In this document: positions 1 to 8,441 of the stretch, piece by piece | Layout of the letters: each line of letters opens with the position of its first letter | Position numbering within the stretch: position 1 is the stretch's first letter | Assembly: GCA_001914235.1 (NCBI GenBank) | Contig: MQUF01000021.1 | Location: 9,007 to 73,006 of the forward strand | Origin: Desulfobulbaceae bacterium DB1 | Lineage (GTDB): Bacteria > Desulfobacterota > Desulfobulbia > Desulfobulbales > SURF-16 | Length of the DNA: 64,000 nucleotides | Direction of reading: 5' to 3' | Made by a program: the position numbers and the translations under genes | The notes under the pieces: generated by a model | What the model was told of the DNA's origin: nothing | The model's input: the letters and a program-made list of their open reading frames with translations, nothing else | The model's database searches: none

Positions 1-754
1 CAATACCGCGTATAGCCAGGTTCATCTTGGCAAGCTTGAGAGTGGTTGACGTGCCTTCCTGCCCATAGATGGAAATATCTTTCTGGTTGCCCTGGTGGTT
101 CTCGACAAACTTCATGGACTGCACGAACATGCCGCCGGAACCGCAGCAGGGGTCATATATCTTGCCCTTGTACGGCTCAATCATCTCGGCAATCAGATTA
201 ACAATGCTCTTGGGGGTATAGAACTCGCCCTTGCCCTTGCCCTCGGCCAGCGCAAACTTACTCAGGAAATATTCATACACCCGGCCAACAATGTCCTGCT
301 GCTTGTCCTTGATGGTGTGGATATTGTTGATGGTGTCAATAAGGGCCGCCAGCTTGCTGACATCCAGGTCAAGGCGGGAAAAGTAGTTGTCCGGCAAAGC
401 GCCCTTGAGGGCCTTGTTGGTTTTCTCCACCGTAAAGAGGGCGGTGTCGATCTTGATGGCAATGTCATCCTGCTTGGCGTGCTTCTTGATATAACTCCAG
501 CGGGACTCCTCCGGCAGGAAGAAGACGTTCTTCATGGTGTAAAACTCCACCATGTCGATGTACTTCTCCTTGCCCTCGCGGATCAACTCCTGCCGCCGCT
601 CCTCAAACTTGTCGCTGGCAAACTTGAGGAAGATGAGAGAGAGTACCACATGCTTGTACTCCGACGGTTCGACATTCCCCCGGAGCTTATTGGCCGAATC
701 CCAAAGGTTATCCTCAACGCTCTTCTGCTTCTTATTGGCCGTATTTTTTGCCAT
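1..754 (-). CDS. hsdM: Type I restriction-modification methyltransferase subunit M, N-terminal ~251 aa (partial; continues past left edge)
   Basis: My own minus-strand translation from the ATG at 754-752 gives MAKNTANKKQKSVEDNLWDSANKLRG..., matching the HsdM N-domain pattern. Further on it reads KFALAEGKGKGEFYTPKSIVNLIAEMIEPYKGKIYDPCCGSGGMFV, the AdoMet motif I. It is absent from the ORF track because it runs off the window. The listed + ORF 95..793 is its antisense shadow. Confidence 0.85.
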   Translation of the reverse strand, partial: MAKNTANKKQKSVEDNLWDSANKLRGNVEPSEYKHVVLSLIFLKFASDKFEERRQELIREGKEKYIDMVEFYTMKNVFFLPEESRWSYIKKHAKQDDIAIKIDTALFTVEKTNKALKGALPDNYFSRLDLDVSKLAALIDTINNIHTIKDKQQDIVGRVYEYFLSKFALAEGKGKGEFYTPKSIVNLIAEMIEPYKGKIYDPCCGSGGMFVQSMKFVENHQGNQKDISIYGQEGTSTTLKLAKMNLAIRGI

Positions 755-1044
755 TATGTCTTGCCCTCACCAAAACCAGGGAGTTTCGTTTGAATAACCC
801 CATAAAATAACGATAAAATTTAGAACAATGATGTTATGTACCAACTGCCTGTATAATTCTCAAGAAAATTGCCTGACATTCACCTGAAATTGACGATGGA
901 TTTGAATTTACCACCTGGATATGGTAATAGGTTTTCTTTTTTGTCGCTTTTGATCTGCCGGATTAATCAACTTTCATTCTCCAGCCGAAATATTATATTA
1001 TAAGAGTAGATCAACAAACCAAATACTGCTTAAGTGAAATTCTC

Positions 1045-1851
1045 ATGGATCAAAAACGGGTAGACCTCCTTATTCAATACATTCTTTCTGTCGCAGCCCA
1101 AGGCTGGGGCGACTACGAAGACAAAGGGGTCGGACGTATCCATATTATCAAGTACGTTTATCTTGCTGATCTTGCCTATGCCATGCGCCATGGGGGTGAA
1201 ACATTCACCGGCATCCCCTGGCGATTTCATCATTTCGGCCCATGGGATGAAGGGCTTTTCCAGAGAATTGATCCTGCCTGCCAGGCCATAGGTGGCCACA
1301 AAAGGACAATAACCGACACCCCATATGATGATTTTGACCGCTGGTCCGTTGACGATGGACACTTGACAGACCAACTGGGCAAACAGCTTCCTTCTACTGT
1401 TGTGTTTGCCATCAACGGAAGTTTCAGGCAATTCACAACAGATACCTATGACCTTCTTGATCACGTCTACTCTACAATACCAATGCGTCATGCCGCGCCA
1501 GGCGAGACATTGCCTTTCGATATTGCCGCACAACAGTACGAACAGCAAAAAAAAGAATACGAAGAGCTGAAAGAATACCAGCCTCCGAAACTGTCCGCCA
1601 AGCAACAGAAAAAACGGAAACAGGCTTTCCGGGACTTGAAAGAAAAAATTCAGGCAAAAATCGCAGACAAGAAAAAAAGTGGCCAGGCTGGATTTGTCAA
1701 ACCTACTCCCCCTCGATATGATGAACTCTTCTGGAAAGGACAGGAGTGGCTTGACAGCCTAGCAGGGGAACCGCTCTGTAGTGAAAAGGGTGAGCTGACG
1801 GTATCCGATTCAGTCTGGAAGTCTCCGGCCCGAAGTGAACCGCATGTATGA
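1045..1851 (+). CDS. Putative Panacea/DUF4065-like (SocA/GepA-type) antitoxin-like protein with Lys-rich coiled-coil tail
   Basis: 268-aa ORF. The block RIHIIKYVYLADLAYAMRHGGETFTGIPWRFHHFGPWDEGLF resembles the DUF4065 pattern (K-x-x-Y-L-A ... W-x-x-x-GPW). Its stop overlaps the next ORF (ATGTATGA, 1844-1851). The assignment is by motif recall only. Confidence 0.5.
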   Translation: MDQKRVDLLIQYILSVAAQGWGDYEDKGVGRIHIIKYVYLADLAYAMRHGGETFTGIPWRFHHFGPWDEGLFQRIDPACQAIGGHKRTITDTPYDDFDRWSVDDGHLTDQLGKQLPSTVVFAINGSFRQFTTDTYDLLDHVYSTIPMRHAAPGETLPFDIAAQQYEQQKKEYEELKEYQPPKLSAKQQKKRKQAFRDLKEKIQAKIADKKKSGQAGFVKPTPPRYDELFWKGQEWLDSLAGEPLCSEKGELTVSDSVWKSPARSEPHV

Positions 1852-2578
1852 AGATGGCACCCTACAGTCTTTTTTTCATACTGAGACATCACCTTGGTGG
1901 ACAGTAAACAAGAACAAGGAACTTTGCATAGGCCGTTTATTAAGGGCCTTTGTCCCGCACACTGACCTTATCCCGAATGTTCTGATACCAGAGAGCAGGG
2001 CTGAAGCCACTGTACATGATAAAATCAATTACCGTATCGAAGATTTCAGTGTTGCCAATCCCCCACCAAACCCAAAGCTACCCACCGCTGCTCTGCAAGA
2101 TTTTCCGGGTGAAAGAAAATTTGTATATCGGGCAAAAAAAAGGCCGGTTGTGGTTGTAAGCCTTGGCGGGCCAGAAGTCCCGAAGACGCTGCGGCCTGGC
2201 AGCAAACCAAAATGGCAGACAGCCCCAACCATGTTGGTTGCTCCATACTATGGTTCTGAAGAGACCGATTTAAGGGCTGGATGGCATGGGGCTTTGGTTG
2301 AACGAATCCAGAGATGTGAATATCCCCAATATATGTGGGAAAGACTCCCCATAAATAATCCCCCACGAGAATCCATACTAAAATTTGACCATATTCAACC
2401 CTTGGGAAGGCATTATAAATCGTATGAACTGACTGATTATGTTCTATCCGATGAGGCTCTTGAGGTGCTGAACCATTGGCTTATTTGGCTGATAAGAAAT
2501 GAAATGCCGGAAGGGAGCAACCTATACGAAATACGTGAGTCGTTACTTGAAATCAACGGTACTGATTCCTCAGTATAG
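1835..2578 (+). CDS. Putative toxin-like protein with an extended PemK/MazF-like pattern (start GTG 1835 or ATG 1844)
   Basis: The order of conserved blocks mimics MazF/PemK: IGRLLRAFVPH, then AKKRPVVVVS, then MLVAPYYGS, then SILKFDHIQPLG, then LSDEALEVLNHWL. It is translationally coupled to the upstream ORF. Not verified by HMM. Confidence 0.4.
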   Translation: MNRMYEDGTLQSFFHTETSPWWTVNKNKELCIGRLLRAFVPHTDLIPNVLIPESRAEATVHDKINYRIEDFSVANPPPNPKLPTAALQDFPGERKFVYRAKKRPVVVVSLGGPEVPKTLRPGSKPKWQTAPTMLVAPYYGSEETDLRAGWHGALVERIQRCEYPQYMWERLPINNPPRESILKFDHIQPLGRHYKSYELTDYVLSDEALEVLNHWLIWLIRNEMPEGSNLYEIRESLLEINGTDSSV

Positions 2579-2591
2579 AAGTCTCCTCCCT

Positions 2592-3698
2592 TTATTTGTC
2601 GACCATATTTGCTTGGTTTAATCGTTTAAAAAGCGCTTCGACTATTTCATCGGCGCCCGTAGACATATTTTCTTGCGGCTTTGCCAGATTTTGAATGATT
2701 TCCCCCTGACGTTGGCAAGCAACCTCACCATAACTCAGAAAGGTTGTCAGAACCTTCTCATGGCCCAGGTTCTGGCTCCATGCCTTGAACTCTTCCGGGC
2801 TTTTGCAGATTTCCTGCCCGAGTTTGACGAGGGTATTTCTAAAGCTGTGCGGGTTAAAATACGGCAGCCCGGCGGCAATGAAGGCATTTTTGAATATGAT
2901 GCGAATGGGGGAGGCGTTGCTCCAGTGTTTTCGATCCAGCCCGGCGGTTTCAAAATGGCAAGACGCGCCAACCTTCATGAGGGTTGCCGGGAAGAGCGGA
3001 TCATCATTGCCCCACAGTTTTTCATCCCGGAGATAGCGCACCCACTCCGCCACAATAGCATGAATTTCTTCACCCACCGGGAAGAAATAGGTGGTGAAGG
3101 TCTTGCTGAATTTCGTCTGCACCTCGCGGGCATCCTGATTGACACACCCGGCAATAAGGTCAATGTGCTTCAATTTCATTGAGGCAATGGCGCTGTCCCG
3201 TGCCCCGGTCAGCAAGGTGAATGCGATCAGGGCGCGGTTGCGTCTTTCAATCTCGGTATCGGCGGGCATGGTGCTGATAACATGCTTAATCTGCTTCATG
3301 GTCGGCGCTTTCTGGTGCCGCTTGGCGGTGGCGATCCGGGTGTCTTTGTCGGAAAGGTTGAAATACTCGGCATCGGAATACTGAATACGGGATTTATAAC
3401 CCGGTTCTCTGGATAGCCATTTGAAGAATTTCTTCAGTTGATTCAAGGTGGCAAGCAGAGTTGCCTTGCTCAGTTTCTCGCCGGAACGCTGCCCCTTTTG
3501 CGCGGCAAGATGCTTTTTAAAGGCAATGGCCTGATCCACATGGAAATACTTGAAGTCCCGGAACTTGGAATAAACCTCGAACCGGTTCAGTGCCTTGGCC
3601 ACTGCGTCAATGGTCGGCTCGCTGTGCTGCTTGGCTTCTTTCAGAAAGGCAAAATATTTGCGCTTGATTCTCTCATTGGCCGGGTTGTGTTTTGTCAT
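2592..3698 (-). CDS. Tyrosine site-specific recombinase / integrase
   Basis: 368 aa. Catalytic-domain blocks are present: ALIAFTLLTGARDSAIASMKLKHID, PHSFRNTLV, and LGHEKVLTTFLSYG (R...HxxR...H...Y pattern). Confidence 0.8.
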   Translation of the reverse strand: MTKHNPANERIKRKYFAFLKEAKQHSEPTIDAVAKALNRFEVYSKFRDFKYFHVDQAIAFKKHLAAQKGQRSGEKLSKATLLATLNQLKKFFKWLSREPGYKSRIQYSDAEYFNLSDKDTRIATAKRHQKAPTMKQIKHVISTMPADTEIERRNRALIAFTLLTGARDSAIASMKLKHIDLIAGCVNQDAREVQTKFSKTFTTYFFPVGEEIHAIVAEWVRYLRDEKLWGNDDPLFPATLMKVGASCHFETAGLDRKHWSNASPIRIIFKNAFIAAGLPYFNPHSFRNTLVKLGQEICKSPEEFKAWSQNLGHEKVLTTFLSYGEVACQRQGEIIQNLAKPQENMSTGADEIVEALFKRLNQANMVDK

Positions 3699-3710
3699 GT
3701 TCTTTACTCC

Positions 3711-4181
3711 CTATCTCAAATCACAGTTTACGGAGGGCTTTGTAATATCAACTATGTGTTGCAGCTCTTCCGGGAACGTGATGTCCATATTGCCTCTGAT
3801 TTGCCCGATTTTGGCCAAACTGACCCTCCGGTTCATGAGGGTGTCACAGACCGGACAAATGGCAATCAGGTTGCCGGTCTTTTCGTTGACTGGTGAATAT
3901 TCCGCCATATCTTCCGCCGCTGGCCTCGGGACATGGCACCGGACACAGAAGAGTTCTCCCGGCTTGCATTTCTGCTTGTTTTTTGTCCGCCGGTCTTGCA
4001 GGTACTCCGCCAGGACACTGCCTTGAATGAGGGTGGGCCGCTTGCTGTCGATGGGTGCGAGTCCGTTCTTGACCCAGTTCCGCACCGTGTTTTTATGGAT
4101 GCCGTACAAACCGGCCACCTCTTCCACTGTGTAGCTGCGGTGAGTTTTAACCAAGCGTGGATTTGGATGACGCTTTGCCAT
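3711..4181 (-). CDS. HTH (MerR/excisionase-type) DNA-binding protein with C-terminal CxxC...CxxC zinc ribbon
   Basis: YTVEEVAGLYGIHKNTVRNWVKNGL is an HTH. FCVRCH...ICPVCD supplies four Cys. It lies immediately upstream of the integrase on the same strand. Confidence 0.6.
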   Translation of the reverse strand: MAKRHPNPRLVKTHRSYTVEEVAGLYGIHKNTVRNWVKNGLAPIDSKRPTLIQGSVLAEYLQDRRTKNKQKCKPGELFCVRCHVPRPAAEDMAEYSPVNEKTGNLIAICPVCDTLMNRRVSLAKIGQIRGNMDITFPEELQHIVDITKPSVNCDLR

Positions 4182-4290
4182 TGTTCAGACCGCCTCTCTT
4201 GTTTGCGGTAAGGTTGCAGTGCAGTGGTATCTATAGAATAGTGACAAATATGTTACTCCAAAGGGGTTGCAGTGCTTTTGTCTCATTTTC

Positions 4291-4866
4291 TCAAACATTA
4301 CCGGTTGTTACCTTTTTGCTATTTGGTTTTGGGGTATCAATTCCGTTACTCGAAAGTATTGGGGATTCTCCGTCTGGAGTAGCAGAACTGACACTCGAAA
4401 CAGCCTTTTTAGGTATCAATTTTGTTACCGAAGTTTTTTTCTTCTTGGCGTGAAAAGCTGTCCAGCCCCTTGCTTTCCGGGTGTCTTTTATGCGGGGTTT
4501 TCTGGCCGGACGAAATGCAGGGGTGCCGTAATCTTTCCAGCGGTCATCAATGAAATATTTGGTCATGTCCCCGGAACGGCCACCGGAACCTTGATGGGCG
4601 ATGTCGAGAAATCCTTTCTCCATCAACTCGTCAATGGCGTTCCGGAACTCCCGGCGGCCTACCCCTTTACGCTCCGCCTCGGAATATGGATAGACGATTT
4701 CACCATTGTTTTTGATGAGCCAGTCATCCGACCTTTTACCCCGCTTCACCGGTTCCATCTGCCGCTTACGGAGAAAATCCAGATACACGATAAGCGACCA
4801 CTTTTTCAGGGATCGGAACGCTGTAGAACGCAGCAGGTCTTTGTCAAACCAGATATTTTTCGTCAT
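4291..4866 (-). CDS. Hypothetical island protein (191 aa, basic C-terminus)
   Basis: I trimmed the track ORF 4291..5100 to the internal ATG at 4866 (MTKNIWFDKDLL...). The longer version would overlap the clear AlpA gene in another frame. Confidence 0.5.
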   Translation of the reverse strand: MTKNIWFDKDLLRSTAFRSLKKWSLIVYLDFLRKRQMEPVKRGKRSDDWLIKNNGEIVYPYSEAERKGVGRREFRNAIDELMEKGFLDIAHQGSGGRSGDMTKYFIDDRWKDYGTPAFRPARKPRIKDTRKARGWTAFHAKKKKTSVTKLIPKKAVSSVSSATPDGESPILSSNGIDTPKPNSKKVTTGNV

Positions 4867-4885
4867 GGTCGGCCAGCAAAAGGGA

Positions 4886-5095
4886 TTAGCTGTTGTTGCG
4901 GACTTCCAGCCTGTCAGCCAGCCATGCTTCAATCTCATTTTCCAGCCAGCCAACAGCACGCGCTCCCAGGTTGATCGGTCTCGGGAAAGTGCCTTCCTGG
5001 ATACGGAGATAAATGGTTGACCGGGACAAGCCGGTGCGTTTCTCAACCTGCTTGCGCCGGAGGATGGAAAGTTTCTCTTGGTTTGTGTTCGCCAT
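4886..5095 (-). CDS. AlpA-family phage/island transcriptional regulator (excisionase-like)
   Basis: 69 aa. LSILRRKQVEKRTGLSRSTIYLRIQEGTFPRPINLGARAVGWLENEIEAWL is the typical AlpA/HTH_17 signature. Confidence 0.8.
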   Translation of the reverse strand: MANTNQEKLSILRRKQVEKRTGLSRSTIYLRIQEGTFPRPINLGARAVGWLENEIEAWLADRLEVRNNS

Positions 5096-5268
5096 AGCAA
5101 TACCTCATGAATTGAAAATGGATGTTGTTAGCCTATGGCGGTAGTTATAATGACTGGAGAAAAAGCGGTCATCGCGTGTTGCAACGGTCAGCGTTGCAAT
5201 TGCAATGATGGGGGGGGAACTGCTGAGGGGGAGAGGCAGGAAGTAGAGGCGGGAAAGGCAGGGCGTTT

Positions 5269-6054
5269 TCAGTCTATGTCATCGTTGAGCGCCCTTTTTG
5301 CGGCAGCGAATATGTCAGCCGTATTTCTGACGCTGACCCCACGGAGATCATCGAACTTCTCGGCTATGAAGTCACGAAGCTGGGTCTCGCTTGAAAAATT
5401 TTCACCCTTAAAGGTGCCGGTGGTCACTTCGAGGAGTGCGCCAATAATATTGAGATAGGTTCTTTCAGTACGGGGGTTGATTTCATCCCCCAGGTGCTTG
5501 AGCCGCTCTTCATACTGTTTCACTTTGGCGGCAGCTTCATATTTCTCCATTTCCATCTTCTGGATGGATTCCTTGGCAGATTGCAATTGCCGGTTAAGGG
5601 CATCCCTATCGGCTTGCAAGACCCTGAAAGATTCGGCATTGATGGCAGTGTGTGTTTTACGTTCAATCTCATCGAAAAGAAATTCTGGTTTGTCAGAAGG
5701 GAACTCCTTGGCGATCCACTCTTTGAGGTCTTGGCGGGAGACCGTCCGCCGCTCAGGCGCGACATGATCCTCGGATTCCAGATTGCGCCCCTTGCCCTCT
5801 CTGCCGCAGGAAAGCTTGTTGTTGTCGATGGCGTCATGAATCGCCCGGCACCTTGGCTCAAGGCAAGAGATTTTTGGATGGGCATAGACGTTTCTGGTTG
5901 TTTCGGTCGCCTGGCTCAAAATATGGTTCAGCATTTCAGCGGGGACGCCGCACCATAAGGCGGCAGCCTGGGGGATATAATAGGCGGAATAATAGGCCCG
6001 GACTTCTTCGCAACTGTCTGATTCCCAAGGGTTAGCCATTGTGCATTTCTCCAA
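5269..6054 (-). CDS. Hypothetical island protein, paralogous C-terminal domain (start 6054 or 6039)
   Basis: 261 aa. Its C-terminal block TYLNIIGALLEVTTGTFKGENFSSETQLRDFIAEKF...AAAKRAL is shared with the next gene. Confidence 0.55.
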   Translation of the reverse strand: MEKCTMANPWESDSCEEVRAYYSAYYIPQAAALWCGVPAEMLNHILSQATETTRNVYAHPKISCLEPRCRAIHDAIDNNKLSCGREGKGRNLESEDHVAPERRTVSRQDLKEWIAKEFPSDKPEFLFDEIERKTHTAINAESFRVLQADRDALNRQLQSAKESIQKMEMEKYEAAAKVKQYEERLKHLGDEINPRTERTYLNIIGALLEVTTGTFKGENFSSETQLRDFIAEKFDDLRGVSVRNTADIFAAAKRALNDDID

Positions 6055-6079
6055 TCATTGAACTTGCTCCGGTGCCAAA

Positions 6080-7003
6080 TCAGTCAAATTCCTCCCTGAT
6101 TGTTTTTTTGGCGGCAGCAAACTTTTCGGCAAGGGTTCTTTCCGTAAGGCCCTTGAAACCGGCATATCTCTCGCTTAAAAACTCCCTCAACTTTGTCTCG
6201 CTCGGGAAATTGACATCGCCATGATCTTTATGGACAAAGGTTTCCAGCATGGCCCCGATGATATTGAGATATGTTGTTTCGGCCCGACTATCCAAGGGAG
6301 TGTTTCTGTCAGAATCTGCCGGTGACAACCTCTCTTGCAGATCAATTAATGCCTGGGTGCGTACGACAAGCACACTGTCATCACTGGGCAGACCAGTAGC
6401 GTCAGCGGGATAATAACGATCAGCTTCATTTTTAAAGTCTACCTTCTTTTTTTCCCCTTGAGCAGTTTCATACTCTATGGGTTCGTCAAATCTTTCATGA
6501 AGTCGGCATACTTGCCCCCCTTCCCTTACAACAAAAGTAGCACCAATAATTGGAGGCGCTACCTCTGGACCACCAGTCAACATTTGATACTCATTTTCAA
6601 TGCAATACCGCTGGCCACAAACCATGGGCAAATCCCATACACCCTCAATTGCTGTCACTTTGTCGTCAAGGTCAAGGAACTGATTTTCAAAGTGACCCAT
6701 TTTGATAAAGCCCGCAATCAGCTCATCTTTCTTCTCCTCAGAAAAACCATCAAAAAGTGAAAGAAAGTGAGCAGGAAGATTTTCCTTGTCTTCAGATGAG
6801 ATGAGCTTTCCACACTTGCCATAGGTAGGATTCACGAAGTTTACAGATAGCTTTAAGTGACCATCCAAAGCCAATCTTAATACGTCCGCCTCGGTGACGT
6901 CCTCGCAGAACACGCTGGACAAATGTCGTGCCGCTTCCGAAACAGTCAACCATTCTCTCAACTTGAAGAGTTTGCTTTTGATGGATCTTTGTTTGTTGCT
7001 CAT
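6080..7003 (-). CDS. Hypothetical island protein, paralogous C-terminal domain
   Basis: 307 aa. The C-terminus TYLNIIGAMLETFVHKDHGDVNFPSETKLREFLSERY...AAAKKTI is homologous to the C-terminus of 5269..6054. The N-terminus has an HTH-like LTVSEAARHLS. Its start overlaps the integrase stop by 4 nt. Confidence 0.55.
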   Translation of the reverse strand: MSNKQRSIKSKLFKLREWLTVSEAARHLSSVFCEDVTEADVLRLALDGHLKLSVNFVNPTYGKCGKLISSEDKENLPAHFLSLFDGFSEEKKDELIAGFIKMGHFENQFLDLDDKVTAIEGVWDLPMVCGQRYCIENEYQMLTGGPEVAPPIIGATFVVREGGQVCRLHERFDEPIEYETAQGEKKKVDFKNEADRYYPADATGLPSDDSVLVVRTQALIDLQERLSPADSDRNTPLDSRAETTYLNIIGAMLETFVHKDHGDVNFPSETKLREFLSERYAGFKGLTERTLAEKFAAAKKTIREEFD

Positions 7004-8187
7004 GCCGGGTCACCTTTTAATTTTTCCAGGTAGTCGGCCCATGCCTGCATCATCTTCCTACGTTCCGGCAGGTGTTGAGCATGATTGTAGGCGGCTTTGA
7101 TGCTGTTCCGTTCTGCATGGGCAAGCTGGCGTTCGATAACATCCGACGGCCAGCCCTGTTCATGCAGGACGGTTGACGCCATGGCCCTGAAACCGTGACC
7201 GGACATCTCTTCCTTGGTAAAACCCATGCGTCGCAAGGCGGCTAAAACGGTATTCTCACTCATGGGCCGGGCATTTGTTCTGACGCTTGGAAAGACATAC
7301 CGGCCCTTGCCGGTAATCGGCAAAATCTCAGTCAAAACCTCTACTGCCTGGGAGGATAAAGGGACGATATGCGGGTCTTTCATCTTCATTTTTTCTGCCG
7401 GGATACGCCACTCGGCCGTATCAAGATCAATTTCTGCCCACTCAGCATGCCGAAGCTCTCCAGGGCGGACGAAAACCAATGGGGCCAATTTTAAAGCACA
7501 TTTGGCCACCGGTGTTCCTTCATAGCTATCAATGGCCCGCAGCAATTCGCCGATTTTTTTTGGATCGGTTATGGTCGCCATCCGTGCATGCTTTGCCGGG
7601 GTTAATGCGCCTCGCAGGTCTGCGGAAGGATCACGCTCCGCCCTGCCCGTTGCTATGGCATACCGGAAAACTTGGCCGCAGTTCTGTTGCGCCCGATGCG
7701 ATGTTTCCAAAATGCCCTGACTTTCAATTCTGCGAAGGACCGCAAGAAGCTCCGGCGGTGCAATTTCAGATATTGGGCGGGAGCCAAGCCAGGGAAAAAT
7801 ATACAGTTCAAACCTGCGAATTATTTTCATGGCATGACTATCCGCCCAGTTTGAGGAATATTTCCCATGCCATTCTCTGGCCACTGCTTCAAAGCTGTTT
7901 TCAGACTGTTCGATCTGTATGGATTTTTGAACCTTGCGGGTCTGCCCAGGATCAACGCCATTGGCAATCATCTTTCTGGCGTGATCACGCTTTTCTCTTG
8001 CCTCAACAAGTTTTACGTCTGGGTAAACACCAAGGGCAAGGGTCTTGCGCTTACCCGCATAACGGTAATCAAGGCGAAAATATTTCCCGGCCTTGTTGAC
8101 CAGAAGATACATTCCCTTCTCATCAGTCAGCTTGTACTGCTTACTTTGGGGCTTGGCGTTGCGAATGGCGGTATCTGTGAGCGGCAT
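7000..8187 (-). CDS. int: P4-type (DUF4102 N-terminus) tyrosine integrase
   Basis: The N-terminus MPLTDTAIRNAKPQSKQYKLTDEKGMYLLVNKAGKYFRLDYRYAGKRKTLALGVYP is typical of tRNA-targeting P4-like integrases. The catalytic blocks GELRHAEW, HGFRAMAST and LAHAERNSIKAAYN are present. I prefer the ATG at 8187 over the track start at 8205. Confidence 0.9.
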   Translation of the reverse strand: MPLTDTAIRNAKPQSKQYKLTDEKGMYLLVNKAGKYFRLDYRYAGKRKTLALGVYPDVKLVEAREKRDHARKMIANGVDPGQTRKVQKSIQIEQSENSFEAVAREWHGKYSSNWADSHAMKIIRRFELYIFPWLGSRPISEIAPPELLAVLRRIESQGILETSHRAQQNCGQVFRYAIATGRAERDPSADLRGALTPAKHARMATITDPKKIGELLRAIDSYEGTPVAKCALKLAPLVFVRPGELRHAEWAEIDLDTAEWRIPAEKMKMKDPHIVPLSSQAVEVLTEILPITGKGRYVFPSVRTNARPMSENTVLAALRRMGFTKEEMSGHGFRAMASTVLHEQGWPSDVIERQLAHAERNSIKAAYNHAQHLPERRKMMQAWADYLEKLKGDPA

Positions 8188-8329
8188 GACGGTATCTCCA
8201 TTCAACGGGTGGCGGTATCTCTTTTGCGTAGGCTTTCAAAGAGAACAACCACTTAATTTGATGGGGAAAACACTGTTTTGACGGTATCTAACTTGCAAAA
8301 TCTGTTTATACCGTCAAAAATACCGTCAT
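8169..8329. repeat. Iterated CGGTATCT / ATACCG(TC) motif array around the int start and upstream region
   Basis: Direct copies of cggtatct lie at 8169, 8190, 8213 and 8283. A perfect 12-bp inverted repeat pairs ttttgacggtat (8277-8288) with ataccgtcaaaa (8309-8320). A further ataccgtca lies at 8321-8329. Confidence 0.7.
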
Positions 8330-8375
8330 GAGTGACGGGATGTCAATAGTTTTTACTGGAACACACAGGAAAAGA

Positions 8376-8410
8376 AAAACCCCGAAATCCTTATCAGGAC
8401 TCGGGGTTTT
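8376..8410 (-). terminator. Rho-independent terminator downstream of tRNA-Met
   Basis: The hairpin aaaaccccga...tcggggtttt is flanked by A/T runs, so it could act in both directions. Confidence 0.6.
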
Positions 8411-8441
8411 ATATCTTACCGGAACACTCCGGATTTGTTTT

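Larger units (their letters stand above)
1..8441. mobile_element. Integrative genomic island abutting the 3' end of tRNA-Met (right boundary at the tRNA; left boundary not in window)
   Basis: A P4-type integrase lies directly next to the tRNA 3' end. The region also holds a second tyrosine recombinase, an AlpA-family regulator, an R-M gene and unknown genes. It is visibly more AT-rich than the rest of the window (by eye, not computed). Confidence 0.6.

Noticed and set aside
95-793. 232-aa + strand ORF at the left edge
   Set aside because: It is the antisense shadow of hsdM. The minus strand gives textbook HsdM motifs, whereas this ORF is low-complexity (Leu/Gly/Val-rich) and has no recognisable motif.
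4291-5100. 269-aa version of the island ORF
   Set aside because: Its N-terminal 78 aa overlap the clear AlpA gene (4886..5095) in another frame. I trimmed it to the internal ATG at 4866.
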